From contig CM075992.1 in assembly GCA_038087875.1 (NCBI GenBank), positions 5,520,001 to 5,584,000 on the forward strand: 64,000 nt of DNA, given 5' to 3'. The notes under the pieces are model-generated. The model did no database searches, had not been told where the DNA came from, and was given only the letters and a program-made list of their open reading frames with translations. Both the position numbers and the translations under genes were made by a program. Origin of the DNA: Malacoraja senta. Taxonomy: Eukaryota. Below are positions 12,026-24,605 of the stretch, in pieces. Numbering within the stretch: position 1 is the stretch's first letter; each line of letters begins with the position of its first letter.

Positions 12026-13968
12026 TGTCACCCATCCATGAACTCCAGAGGTAAGACAGAGTGCAGGAGTAGTTCAGCCAGTCAGTCACCATCTCAGAAC
12101 ATGGTTAGGGGGGGATTTCAGGTGAGGAACCTTCTTCAGAGATGCTGCTTGAAGATGCTTCTTCAGAGATGCTCCCGCTGAGTGACTCCAGCATGTTGTC
12201 TTTTTTTGTACACTGGCATCTGCAGTTCTTTGCATCTCCATGAAGTATAGGAAGACAGTAACCGCAAGATTGATGTGGGGGTGGTGATGGAGCAATCAGC
12301 GTGTAGATAGACACAAAATGTTGGAGTAACTCAGCGGGACAGGCAGCATCTCTGGAGAGAAGGAATGGGGTGACGTTTCGGGTCGAGATCAGAAACGTCA
12401 CCCATTCCTTCTCTCCAGAGATGCCGCCTGTCCCGCTGAGTTACTCCAGCATTTTGTGTCTATCTTCGGTTTAAACCAGCATCTGCAGCTCCTTCTTACA
12501 CATTTAATCAGCATGTAGATGCAAGTTTTCGCTGCTGCAATTGTGCTAGGCTCCATTCATCACATCCTGCAATTCACACTCTAAACACCTGCTAATGACC
12601 ACAATCCCATCATAAAACCAGCAAAGTCTGTGAGCAACTTATCAAGACCCACAATGGGAGTAATTTGCATTTTTTTTGCATTTGCATAACACCAATATAA
12701 TAAATCCAAGAGGAGCCATTACCAGCATGACTTGAGAGCAAGCCACATCAAGGGAGATGATCAAAAGCTTGCTGGATAGGAATGTTATAAATGAAAGAGA
12801 GGTATTTTTAAGTGTAGAATTCCAGAGGTGTGTCGAGCGGCTGAGGGAACAGTACTGGGACCTTTGATGTACATCAATGGTTGAAAAGAAAATATAGGTG
12901 GGCCGGCCGATTAGTAAGTTTGCAGATGACACGGAAATTGGTTGAGTTGTGGACAGTGAGGAAGTTTGTAAAATGATACAGCAGGAAGTAGCTTGGTTGG
13001 AAATATGGGCAGAGAAATGTGGGGGGGCAAGGTTGCACAGCACTAGAGTTGCTGCCTTACGGTGCCAGGGACCCAGGTTCGATTCCGAGGACGGGTACTG
13101 TCTGTACGGAGTTTGATCTTTCTCCTCGTGACCGCATGGGTTTTCCCCGGGTGCTCCAGCTTCCACCCACACTGCAAAGATGTACAGGTTTCGGGGTTAA
13201 TTTGGTTTTTGTAGAAATGTAAAAAGTCCCTTAGCGTGTAGGATAGTGCGCTTGTGCGGGAATCGCTGATCAGTGCAGACTCTGTGGGATGAGGGGCCTG
13301 AATCTCTAAACTAAATGGCAGATGGGATTTAATCCAGGTAAATGTGAGGTGTTGCACTTTGGGACAACTGCAAGAGGAGAGTGCACAGAAAATGGCAGGC
13401 ATCTGAAGAAGGGTCCCGATCCAAAACGTCACTCATTCCTTCTCTCCGGTGATGTTGCCTGTTCCTCCGCTGAGTTCCAGCATTTTGTGTCTATCTTTGA
13501 TATATCGAATATCTTGGGGTGCAAGGTAGCTGCCCGAAAGTGACAACACAAGTTGATTGGGTGGTAATGAAGGTGTTCGGCATACATGCCTTCATCGGTA
13601 GGGAGAATTGAATATAAAAGGTGCTGAATCATGTTACAGCTGTATAAAACCTTTGTTAGGTCATATTTTGACTATTGCGTGCAATGCTGGTCACCACATT
13701 TTGGGAAGTATGGAAGCTTTCGAGAGGGCACAGATGAGGTTGATCAGGATTAGAGATCATTTGTACAAGTAGACAAACTTGGAGACAAAAGACTTCAGAT
13801 GATCAGTCTGAAGAAGGATCCCTCCATTTAACGTCACCTGTTCATTTCTCTCCACTGATCTGACCCGCTGAGTTACTCCAGCACTTTGAATCCTTTACCG
13901 TTTAACCATCTCCCACCACTTCAGGTCACAAGATCCAGACAATGGGGAGAAAGAGAGACACAAGAGAC

Positions 13969-14002
13969 CAAAGATACTAGAGGAGCTCCTCTAGTATCTT
14001 TG
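13969..14002. mobile_element. 34-bp perfect palindrome with 8-bp TSD (mini DNA transposon)
   Basis: CAAAGATACTAGAGGAG|CTCCTCTAGTATCTTTG flanked by CAAGAGAC at 13961-13968 and 14003-14010. Confidence 0.85.
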
Positions 14003-17000
14003 CAAGAGACCGCTGGTGATGGAATCGTGAGCAAAACAATAAGTGCTGGAGGAACTCAGCGGGTCAGGCAGCATCTCAGGAGGGGACTTTGCTGGTGAGG
14101 GAATGGACTGACAATGTTTCAGGTCAGGGTCCTTCTTCAGATGGATGGCGTTGGGGAGAAGAAAGCTGGAATAGAGAGGTGGGGGCATTGAACGCAACAC
14201 AAGAAAAGCTCACGTTCATAAGAGATAGGAGCAGAATTAGGCCATTCGGCCCATCGTCTACTCCGCCATTCAAACTCTTGGCCGATCTCTCTCTCCCTCC
14301 CAACCCCATTCTACTGCCTTCACCCCCATAACCCCCACACACCCGTACTCATCAAGAATCTATCTATCTCTGCCTTAAAAAATATTAATTGACGGCTTCC
14401 ACAGCCCTCTGTGGCGATGAGTTCGACAGATTCACCACCCTCCGACTACAGAAATTCCTCCTCACTTCCTTCCTAATTGAGCGTCCTTTAATTCTGTAAA
14501 ACCGACACAGAAAAGGAAAGCAGAGGGAGATCAAGAAGTGGAGACACAAAAAAAAAAGGCAAAGAAAGGCAGGCAGACAAAGAAAGCGGCAGAGAATTAC
14601 TTGCAGTGAGCCAGCCTGCTCGAATTGTACGAGGTGGTCGCTATGGCAACAGAAAGATTCTGAATAAATAAATATCACAAGAGTCACTTGATGGTTTGCA
14701 GGTCAAAAATAAACACTTCAGCTAACATCATGAAATTATTTACCAAGCATTTAATCCTATTGGTTTCAGACAAACTGGATTTCCGAAACCATTTCCCAAG
14801 GAACAGGGGTGGATTATCACCGGGGAACGGCTGGGGTTCCATGCCAGATAGAGGGGGCAGGGGAGAAACTGCAACCAGTCTATGGGTCTCTTGGATTTTG
14901 ATGGGGGGGTGGGGTGGGTGGGGGGAACGGGAAACAAAATTATCCAAGCTTGCCATCTCTGGATAGAAGGAATGGGTGACGTTTCGGGTCAAGGCCCTTC
15001 TTCAGACTAGCTGTCGGTCTCGATCTGAAACATCACCCATTCCTTCTATCCAGAGATGCTGCCTGTCCTGCTAAGTCTCTCTAGCATTCTGTGTCTATCT
15101 TCAGTGTAAACCAGCATCTGCAGTACCTTCCTACGCAAATTCCAAGCTTGCTATTGCTAATCACCATCAAATACAATTATGAGGGGGCTAGATCTTGGAT
15201 GCCTTAATTGCACCAGGGACTTCGGGCTTTGTGTTTGTTTTTGCATTATTTGATGGGGGTTTTATGGAACTTTTTGATGTATTTAATATTATCAATTGAG
15301 CACTGTAGTTACAAACATATTGTGCTATTGCAAGTAAGGATTTCATCATTCCATTTTGGTATATATGACAATAAAATACTCCTGACAATGTTTCAGGTCA
15401 GGATGCTTCTTCAGTGTTAAGTTGGGTCCCCACCTGAAATGTCCTCTGTCCATTTCCTCCACAGATGCTGCCTGACCCGCTGAGTTTATCCAATACTTTG
15501 GTTTTGTCCACGATTCCAGCATCTTCATCTTCAGGGTTTAATTTATATCCAAGCAGATCCATGCAGGCAGTGGGATGGACCAATAAACAATAGGTGCAGG
15601 AGTAGGCCATTCGGCCGTTCGAGCCAGCACTGCCATTCACTGTGATCATGGCTGATCATCCACAATCAGTACCCCGTTCCTGCCTTCTCCCCATATCCCT
15701 TGACTCCGCTATCTTTAAGAGCTCTATCGAACTCTCCCTTGAAAGCATCCAGAGAATTGGCCTCCACTGCCTTCTGAGGCAGAGAATTCCACAGATTCAC
15801 AACTCTCTGGGTGAAAAAGTGTTTCCTCATCTCCGTTCTAAATGGCTTACCCCTTATTCTTAAATTGTGGCCCCTGGTTCTGGACTCCCCCAACATCGGG
15901 AACATGTTTCCTGCTTCTAGCGTGTCCAAACCCTTAATAATCATATATGTTTCAATAAGATTCCCTCTCATCCTAAATTCCAGAGTATACAAGCCCAGCC
16001 GCCCCATTTTCTCAACATGACAGTCCTGCCATCCCAGGAATTAACCTGGTGAACCTATGCTGCACTCCCTATTATAACCACTGAGCAACGTTCGAGTAGG
16101 TACAGGTGGAAGTTGTCCCATACACGCTGTATCTTGGTCAATGCTTCACTTCCATCTGTAAGAATATCTGTGGTAAAAAGCAGGAAGCATTTCATCTTCC
16201 TCCACTGGAGCACACCTGCTCAGATTTCCCACTCCCAAACTTTCTCCCACCAAATGCCCACCTGACAAGCAAGGCTGAACTGATGGGTGAAGATGCGGGC
16301 AGTAATTCCATGTGATTCCAGTCATACCTCACTTCCACATTCAAGTAGGAAGATTCATGAGATCATCCAAATGACGTTTGGACAGGTACATGGATAAAAT
16401 AGGTTAAGAGGGATGTGGCCAAAGGTGGGCAGGTGGGACGAGTAGTGAGAAGGCATCTTGGTTGGCATGGGCAAGTTGGGCTTGTTTCTATGCTGTATGG
16501 CTATGAATTGGGCCAACTGGCTAAGCCTTAATTGCCAAGACTGTGTGGACACTGTGGCAAATAGAGTCATAGAGTGTGAAAACAGGCTCTTCGGCCCAAC
16601 TTGCCCACACCGGCCAACATGCCCCAGCTACTCTAATGCCACCTGCCCACATTTGGTCCATATCCCTTCAAGCCTGTCCTATCCATGAACCTGTCTAACT
16701 GTTTTGTAAATGTTGGGATAGTCCCAGCCTCAGCTACTTCCTCTGGCAGCTTGTTCCATACACACACTACCTTAACTACACAGCTTCAGTGACATTGAGG
16801 TTTCAGTTCTTGGCTGAGTGGCCGCCTCCTGTTCTCACCATGGGGCAAAACTTTCAAAAAACAATTAACATGGTATAAATTGCAGGAAGTGCCTTTATAC
16901 CCGATGGAGAGATAGCGAGATCTGAAGATAACCACAGGCGTTTACTGAGTGGATCATTAATCATGGTTCTAAAGATAAATAACACACAGGTTGTATTGAG

Positions 17001-17139
17001 GGCACAGACAAGGTGAACAGTGTTATTGCAAGCCAGGGCAGGCATGAACAGCCAAAGTAACAGGAATTCAATTCACAATGATTCTTTGATATGTTCATTC
17101 TATTTGTGTACGAACTAGCTGTCTGACCAGTAATCCCGA

Positions 17140-17440
17140 AACCTGGACTAGTAATCCTGATGTTCAATTCCAGGGTTCAATACCCATATCAGCTGATTGG
17201 GAATTTAAATTCAGGGAAATAAATGATCTGAAAGAAATGAAAGTCAGCGTAGCAATGAAAAAACTGCAGTAAAATTCACTTGAGTTACAGAAGTCTGTTA
17301 GGAAAGGAAATCTGCTGTCCTTACTTGGTATGGCCTACCTGTGGCTCCAGACACACAAAAATGTGGTTTCTCTTAATTATTCTCTTAAATTGGTACCACG
17401 AGCTTCCTAACTCACGAAGAATTAAGTCTAGGCAACATTT
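17140..17440 (+). mobile_element. Ancient DeuSINE (SacSINE1/AmnSINE-like) remnant; reverse copies at ~9790-10030 and ~53620-53860
   Basis: GGAAAGGAAATCTGCTGTCCTTACTTGGTATGGCCTACCTGTGGCTCCAGAC...ATGTGGTTTCTCTTAA resembles the Deu domain as recalled. Confidence 0.6.
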
Positions 17441-17890
17441 GGAAATGGACATTAAGACGATGCTGGAAGATCACCAACTCGGTGTAAGACTCTCTTTGGT
17501 CTACCCAAACTTTTTTTGCCTGGCCCGCTGAGTTACTCCAGCACTTTGTGTCTATCTTGGGGAATGTTGCCGAATGGCCCATTCCAGACGGCAAGAAAAT
17601 GCACTGAGGGATGCATCGGAAGTTGGTGCAGCCAACACCAAGTTGCTGTGGGGCACAGACAAGCATGGTGCAGCCAACACCAAGCTGCTGTGGGGGAGGA
17701 CCACATTCTAGGGTCATTCTGTTGCTGGACATTGAGGGGCTGAGATCCATGGGGCTACCCCTCTTTCAAGATGAGAAATATGACCCCAGGGGGCCACATG
17801 AGTGGCAAGGGTGTTTTGTTTAAAGATACTGTACGTTCAAACACTACTGACCATAACATTATTTAATGCATAGACACTGATGTGTGAAGA

Positions 17891-17893
<3 letters not shown>

Positions 17894-17925
<32 letters not shown>
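17894..17925. repeat. (TA)n microsatellite
   Basis: About 16 TA units. Confidence 0.95.
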
Positions 17926-17932
<7 letters not shown>

Positions 17933-20900
17933 AATATATATAATATATGTAAAGGTTATTTTGGGGGGAAAGGGGTGACAACTTGTGAAGGAATTGAAAC
18001 AGTAAAGGTGGCTAAATCAACAATAGGAGAAACAGTCAAGAAGGTGTTAAATGTGTAGGAAGGAACTGCAGATGCTGGTTTAAGACAAAGATAGGCACAA
18101 AATGCTGGAGTAACTCAGCGGGACAGGCGGCATCTCTGGAGAGAAGGAATGGGCGACGTTTCAAGTCGAGACGTTTTAGCCTAAAGAAGGGTCTAGACCC
18201 AAATCGTCACCCATTCCTTCTCTCCAGAGATGCTGCCTGTCCCACTGAGTTACTCCAGCTTTTTGTGTCTGAGATGGTGTTAAATGCCAGACTGAGCAAG
18301 ATAATATCGCAGGACAGATGAACCTGAATTGCTCAAAGGGCGATTTCATGATTTTATTTTGGTAATTTAACTTAAGCTAAAATGGCAGTTTTGTAATGTG
18401 AAGTGCCTGGTTGAGAAGTGAATGTAATATAAATATCCTTTTCTGTCTGAAGTTTAACTGCATCTGGCAAGAACTTTAGTCACAAGTTGTGTGCCAGTTG
18501 ACCTAAATAAGTCTGTGTGATGAGTTAACCAGTCTCAGCAAACTAGGAATGAACACAAAGCTTTCCTCCAGCGCTCCGTTGAAATTGTCCAGCGTGTACT
18601 GCTGGAGAGAATCCAAGTCTGAATGTTAAGCAAGCAAAGAACTGGATATGTAGGAAGGAATTGATGCTGGTTTAAACCAAAGATAGACACAAAGTACTAG
18701 AGTAACTCAGTGGGTCAGGCAGCATTAGGATGGGTGACGTTTTGAGTCAGAACCCTTCTTCAGACTGGAGGTGAATAGGTCAGATAACCAGAATTCCCTG
18801 CATCACTGCCAGTTAATTTCACCATGACATTGAAGTAGCAGCTTCGGGAAATAAGGCTCGAACCAAGTTAAAAATGCAGAAACATAGAACTGCAAATCCT
18901 GGTTTATACCAAAGATAAAGATTTGGGTCCCAAACCAAAACGTCATCGATCCTTTTTCTCCAGAGATGCTGCCTGACCTGCTGAGTTACTCCAGCACTTC
19001 ATGTCTATCTTTGAACCAATTTCAGCTTGATCCAAGACTTGAATAAGACTGAAATAGGGTCCTGACTCAAAATGTCACCTATCCATTCCCTCCATAGATG
19101 CGTAGGAAGGAACTGCAGATGCTGATTTAAACCGAAGATAGACACAAAAAGCTGGAGTAACTTAGCATCTCCCTTGACACCAGGCTGGAGTAACAGGCAG
19201 CATCTCTGGAGAGATGGAATGGGTGGCGTTTCAGGTCGAGATCCTTCTTCAGACTGAGAGTCATGGGAGGGGGAAGACAAGAGATGTGGAAGGGTACAAA
19301 GGGAATGTAAAGTGTGAAAAGGATAGATCAAAGCAGACGATGATCAAGGAAATGTAGAATAGTTCATTGTTGTCTGAATGAGGCCTATGTCAGGGCTGCC
19401 TACACTGGATGAGAGTTGGGAGTGAGAAATTACGAGAGATCAAGCCCGAGGGAGCGTAGCAACCGGGGGGGGGGGGGGGGGTGTCCCCCCTCCCATTGGT
19501 CCGGAACTTTTGCATTTTTCAGCTTGAAATTGTGCAATATAGTGCATACTGTAGCGAGTCTTTTAACTTACACTTGAATGCAATATATATGCTTTAAATT
19601 GGATTAGCTATGTATAAGGTTAGACTAAATTACATTCCTAATTACATTCCACAGTAGAGCCCAGGCTCTGATCAACACGTGCAGCACATGAATGATCTTA
19701 GTGTATTCATGTTTGGAAATCAGGTTATAATCAAACACTTGGCCCATGTTGACCAATCTGGGTCTCACTGCGCACCTGGTACTACTCCTGACCCCAGTTG
19801 CATACCTTTTCTCATTCCTGTCCCCGAGTCCAGCCTTACACCTGGCCCCCTATTCTACCCTGATCATAGCTGCTTACCTGCTTAGGTTCCCAGCGCTGGA
19901 CACTCCCATTGTCCCAGCTTTGACTGCACACCTAGTACTATTCCAGACCTTGACTCTGGATGCACACTTGGCCTTGCTCCTAGCCCCTCTGCACTGACAA
20001 TATATCTGGCCCACACATAAAGCCCCATATCTGACCCCCTGGACTTAACCTATTATGTTCAAGTCCACAGGTGCTTATCTAATGCGGTAATCTTTTATGG
20101 GGCCAAATTATGGACCAAATTATGTATAACAAAATTTGCTACATCCATTGGCTTCCTTGTTATCTAACATGCTAGTTGCTTTGTCAAAGAAGTCATCAAT
20201 TGGTTGAACACAATTTCTCATCCATAAAATTATATTCACTCAGCTGTACAAGTATTCTGTTACGATTTCTTTCATTTTCGTAACAAACTGTCCTGAAGTC
20301 ATGTTAAACCCCAATATTTTCAGTATTTTGCTGTCTTCCTCTCAGCTGGGACTTTTCCGAAATGCAAAGTCCAATAACTATATATTTAAGCAATATTATT
20401 CTATTAAATGTGATCTTGAGAGTACATATTTTCTGTGGTATTTGTAACACAACAATGATAAAAAGATCTTTGTTTTGATTGCACCTACCAACATGCATAC
20501 ATTATTACATTACAGTTAATATGTACCGAAGGCAAATTTTTGTTCCAATGCTCCCCATTCCCAATTACTTTTACATTTAAGTGATTGAAATCCAAGTGAA
20601 GTTTAAATGACATCATAAAAGTAAAACCTCCGGAATGGATGATATTCATTACGGGGTTGGTTGGGGTCAGTATCAGCACAATTACTATATTAAACTTTGA
20701 ATCTTCAGATGTCCTAGTTCAAGCTAAAACTAAAGACAAATAATAATCTCCTCACACATTCTGCTGCAAGTATCTCTGTCATTCCTTTAAAATATGCCCC
20801 TTCTTTGAACATGCTCTTAAGTATTGCATCTGAATCAGTTTCCATCTGATTACACTCCTTGAGGATGTTCATCTACATGTTCAATTAATAAAGCAACGAG

Positions 20901-22650
20901 ATTGGGGACATTTCTATTCAACCTGTCAAAGGAATTGGGGGGGGGGGGGGTTTAGAAATAGTCAGTGAGGTAAACAAATATAATAATTGAGTGGCAAATG
21001 ACAATAGTGCTACCTTCCCAATATTTAATTGAAGGAAATAATGGGTTATCAGGGCTGTATGTTGTGACAGACAGCCTGACACCTTGCATGTCATTTTAAT
21101 ATTACACTTATCCCATCCCCCTGGATATTCCGGATTAATAAATTAAGGTTTTGTCAACTAATTACAAATCAGACGAATTACAAATCAATAACATTAGCCA
21201 ACTCTGAAACATGAAGCGCTGAGCATTGGGATCCAGACATCACGGACAACTGGCCTCAGTTCCCCGCTCAAATCTTGCAGTGTTCTCCGTCTGAACCAGG
21301 GGCCGCGGAGCATTTTTGAAAGTGGGGAGGCTGAGGGATCACTGATCACTGTCCTTGGGGGTACCCGGTGAGGGAGTGGAGCAACAGAGTGGAGAGAGGG
21401 TGTGGAAGTAGGGTGTCCCCCCTCCCAGGGTAGGGACTTTTTGAAATTTGATGTATTAAAATCATGTTTTAGTGCATTGTAGAAGTATAATTTCAATGTT
21501 TTTTGTATTAAATATTTTTAAGAGGTAACTTTTTACGGGGTAACTTTTTCCACACAAAGGATGGTGGGTGTATGGAACAAGCTGCCAGATGAGGTAGTTG
21601 AGGCAGGGACTATCCCAACATTTGAGAAACAGTTAGACTGATACATGGATAGGACAGGTTTGGAGGGATATGGACCAAAAGCTGGTAGTGCAGCTGGGAC
21701 ATGTTGGCGGGTGTGGGCCTGTTGCGCCGAAGGGCCTGTTTTCACACTGTATCACTCTATGACTACATTATACCTCCACCATGCATGAATGCTTCAAAAT
21801 CAAGTGATCGAGTTTTATTGCCATATACTCAAGCATAGAAACATAGAAAATAGGTGCAGGAATAGGCCATCGGCCCGTCGAGGCAGCACTGCCATTCAAT
21901 ATGATCATGGCTATTCATCTAAAATCAGTACCTCTTTCCTGTTTTCCCCCCCATATCCCTTGATTTCATTAGCCCCAAGAACTAAATGTAACTCTCTCTT
22001 GAAAACATCCAGCGAATTGGCCTCCACTGCCTTCTGTGGCAGAGAATTCCACAGATTCACAACTCTCTGCGTGAAGAAAGTTTGTCCTCATCTCAGTCCT
22101 AACTGGCCTACCCTTTATTCTTAAACTGACCCCTGGTTCCGAACTCCCCCAACATCGGGAACGTTTTTCCTGCAGTTACAGTAAGTGAAAATCTAGCAGG
22201 CAAGCAGGATGCTTTCTCCAACCACCCCCATTTGAAGTCCACTATCTTCCACCATTTCTACCCAGTGCTTGGTATTTACTTCCAGCAGCCACTGGTTGTC
22301 CTCCAGGATGCACCGAGCCGCCGCCTGAGCCATGCCGGTCTCCCGGGCGAATTCGGCACAGAGACTTTCACGGCAGCGGCGCAACGCTTCCAACGGCCCG
22401 GGACTCTTGCATTGAGGCTGCTCCATGGCCGGAGCTGCAGTGAGCGACTCGCCAGCCCGGCAAACACTCGCCAGCCCCGCTCCCCATCCGCATCTGTCCC
22501 CGCCGCTGCTTCTGCTTCCAACACCCGTGGCCCATGCAGTTGATATGAGTTTTGAAATTTTCGTTGATCACAGAATTTCTCACGACAGAGCATGAGAAAT
22601 TTGTGATCAGCTTGAGAATTTGGCGAAATGCATGGGAGTTGGCAGCCCTG

Positions 22651-23455
22651 ACTCTCTATCCCTGTCTCTCCCCCTCTCCCCCCCTCTCTCTCTCCCCCTC
22701 ACCTCACTCTCCTCTCACCCTCTCTATCCTCTCAACCCCCTCTCTCTCCTCTCAACCCCCTCTCTCTCCTGTCTCCCCCTCTCTCTCCTGTCTCCCCCTC
22801 TCTCTCCTGTTTCCCCCTCTCTCTCTCCCCTTCCCTCTCTTCTCCCTCTCTCTCTCCTCTTCCCCTCTCTCTCCCCCCTACCTCACTCTCCCCCCTCACT
22901 CTCGTCCCCTCTCTCTCTCCCATCTTTCCCCTAACTCTCTCTCCCCTCTCCCTCTCTTTCTACTCGCAGCCCCCTCTCTCTCCCTCCCTCCCTCTCTCTA
23001 TCTTCCCTCTCCCTCTCCCTCTCCACACTCTCCCCCCTTTTCTCCCTCCCACTTCACTCTCCCCCTTGCTATCTGTCCCCTCTCTCTCTCTCTCCTCTGT
23101 CTCTATCTCCTCTTTCTCTTTGCCCCCCCCTCTCTCTCTCTCTCTCTCCCTCTCTCCCGCTTCCCCGTTTCTTTGACCACCCCTCCCCCTCTCTCCTCCC
23201 TCTTTCTTCCCTCTCTCTCTTCCTCTTTCCCACTCTACCCCTCACCCCTCTCTCTTTCCCCCCTCCCACCTCACTCTCCCCCTCTCCTCTCTCTCCCACC
23301 TCTCCCTAGCTCTCTCCCCTACCTCTCTCTCCATCTCCTCTTTCCCCCCTCTCCCTCTTCTTTCTCCCCCTCTGTCTCTTCCCTCTCCTCTCACTCCCTC
23401 TCTCTCTCCCCTCTCTCTCCCTGTCTCCTTCCCCTCTCTCTCTCTCCGCCTCCCT
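22651..23455. repeat. CT-rich polypyrimidine low-complexity tract
   Basis: About 800 bp almost entirely C/T on the plus strand. Confidence 0.95.
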
Positions 23456-23573
23456 TTGAGAGTCTCTGTCCCTTCGGCACAGAGACTGTCACGGCAGCGG
23501 CGCAACGCTTCTGACGCCTCCGACGACCCGGGACTCTTGCACTGAGGCTGATCCATGGCCGGAGCTGCAGTGA

Positions 23574-23781
23574 GAGACTCGCCAGCCCCGTAAACACTCG
23601 CCAGCCCCGCAAACACTCGCCATCCCGGCAAACACTCGCCAGCCCGGCAAACACTCGCCAGCCCCGCAAACACTCGCCATCCCGGCAAACACTCGCCAGC
23701 CCGGCAAACACTCGCCATCCCGGCAAACACTCGCCAGCCCCGCAAACACTCGCCATCCCGGCAAACACTCGCCAGCCCCGG
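23574..23781. repeat. 19-bp minisatellite (CAAACACTCGCCA[G/T]CCC[C/G]G) x ~11
   Basis: Head-to-tail units with no spacers. Confidence 0.95.
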
Positions 23782-24442
23782 CTCCCCGCATCTGTCCCCG
23801 TGCTGTTTCTGCTTCCATCCCTCCCTCAGCCCGGGTCTCCAACACCCGCGGGCGGCCCATGCAGTTTATCTGAGTTTTTTAATCACAGAATTTTTTAATC
23901 ACAGAATATTCGTTGATCACAGAATTTCTCACGACAGAGCGTGAGAAATTTGTGATCAGCGTGAGGGCGTGGGAATTTGTTCAAATGCGTGATTCCAACG
24001 CTCAAAGCGTGAGAGTTGGCAGCCCTGCCTATGTGGTGAAATTAGTCGGAGAACTAGAAGTATTAGAACTAGTCGTTCCCAGATGTGTTTCAGTGTCCTC
24101 CTGGTTAATTTTACTGTTTGTATGCCTCCTTGTCACCTTCCCTCAGCCAACAATGAACCCTGCACAAATGCGCCTGACTCCCTGAGTTCCTCCCACACTT
24201 AAATCCACCATCAGAGGATCGGGCATATTGGCAACCCAACCAAGCTGATGCTTTTCACTACATGGTGACATAGCATACACAGTCTGAGTCAGTGACCAGT
24301 TCACTGAATTTCACCAATACTTAACAAGACGGATTCCAGGAATGAGTGGGTTAGCATACGATGAGCGTTTGACAGCACTGGGCCTGTACTCGCCGGAGTT
24401 TAGAAGGTTGAGGGGGGACCTCATTGAAACTTACAGAATAAT

Positions 24443-24605
24443 CGTCTTATCGAGTCCACACACAAGATTAGATTGTCCAGCCAGAGCTGAACACACTTCT
24501 CGGCATCTGCATACAATGATGTTTGGCTTGTCGCTTCTTGTGCGTGGTGGTGGAAAGATTGGTGGAAACAGGGCACGCCACGTGAACGCTCTTTCCTTGG
24601 CCCCG
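24443..24605 (-). mobile_element. 163-bp retrotransposon 3' end (RTE-like) inserted into a CR1 fragment
   Basis: 10-bp TSD ACAGAATAAT (24433-24442 and 24606-24615) interrupts the CR1 ETYRIMKG codons; minus strand reads ER..TWRAL, like an RTE ORF end. Confidence 0.6.

Larger units (their letters stand above)
19391..24027. mobile_element. 4.6-kb composite non-autonomous DNA transposon with CAGGGCTGCC/GGCAGCCCTG TIRs
   Basis: TIR at 19391 and at 24018-24027, flanked by CCTATGT on both sides. The right end is also present internally at 22352-22650. Nested CR1/SINE pieces; no transposase ORF seen. Confidence 0.65.

Noticed and set aside
23574..23781. CRISPR-like array
   Set aside because: Units are directly head-to-tail with no unique spacers; vertebrate context and no cas genes.
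22552..23860. 320-aa Ser/Pro/Leu ORF and repetitive GECLPGWRVFAG ORFs
   Set aside because: Products of a CT-rich tract and a 19-bp minisatellite; no domain signal.
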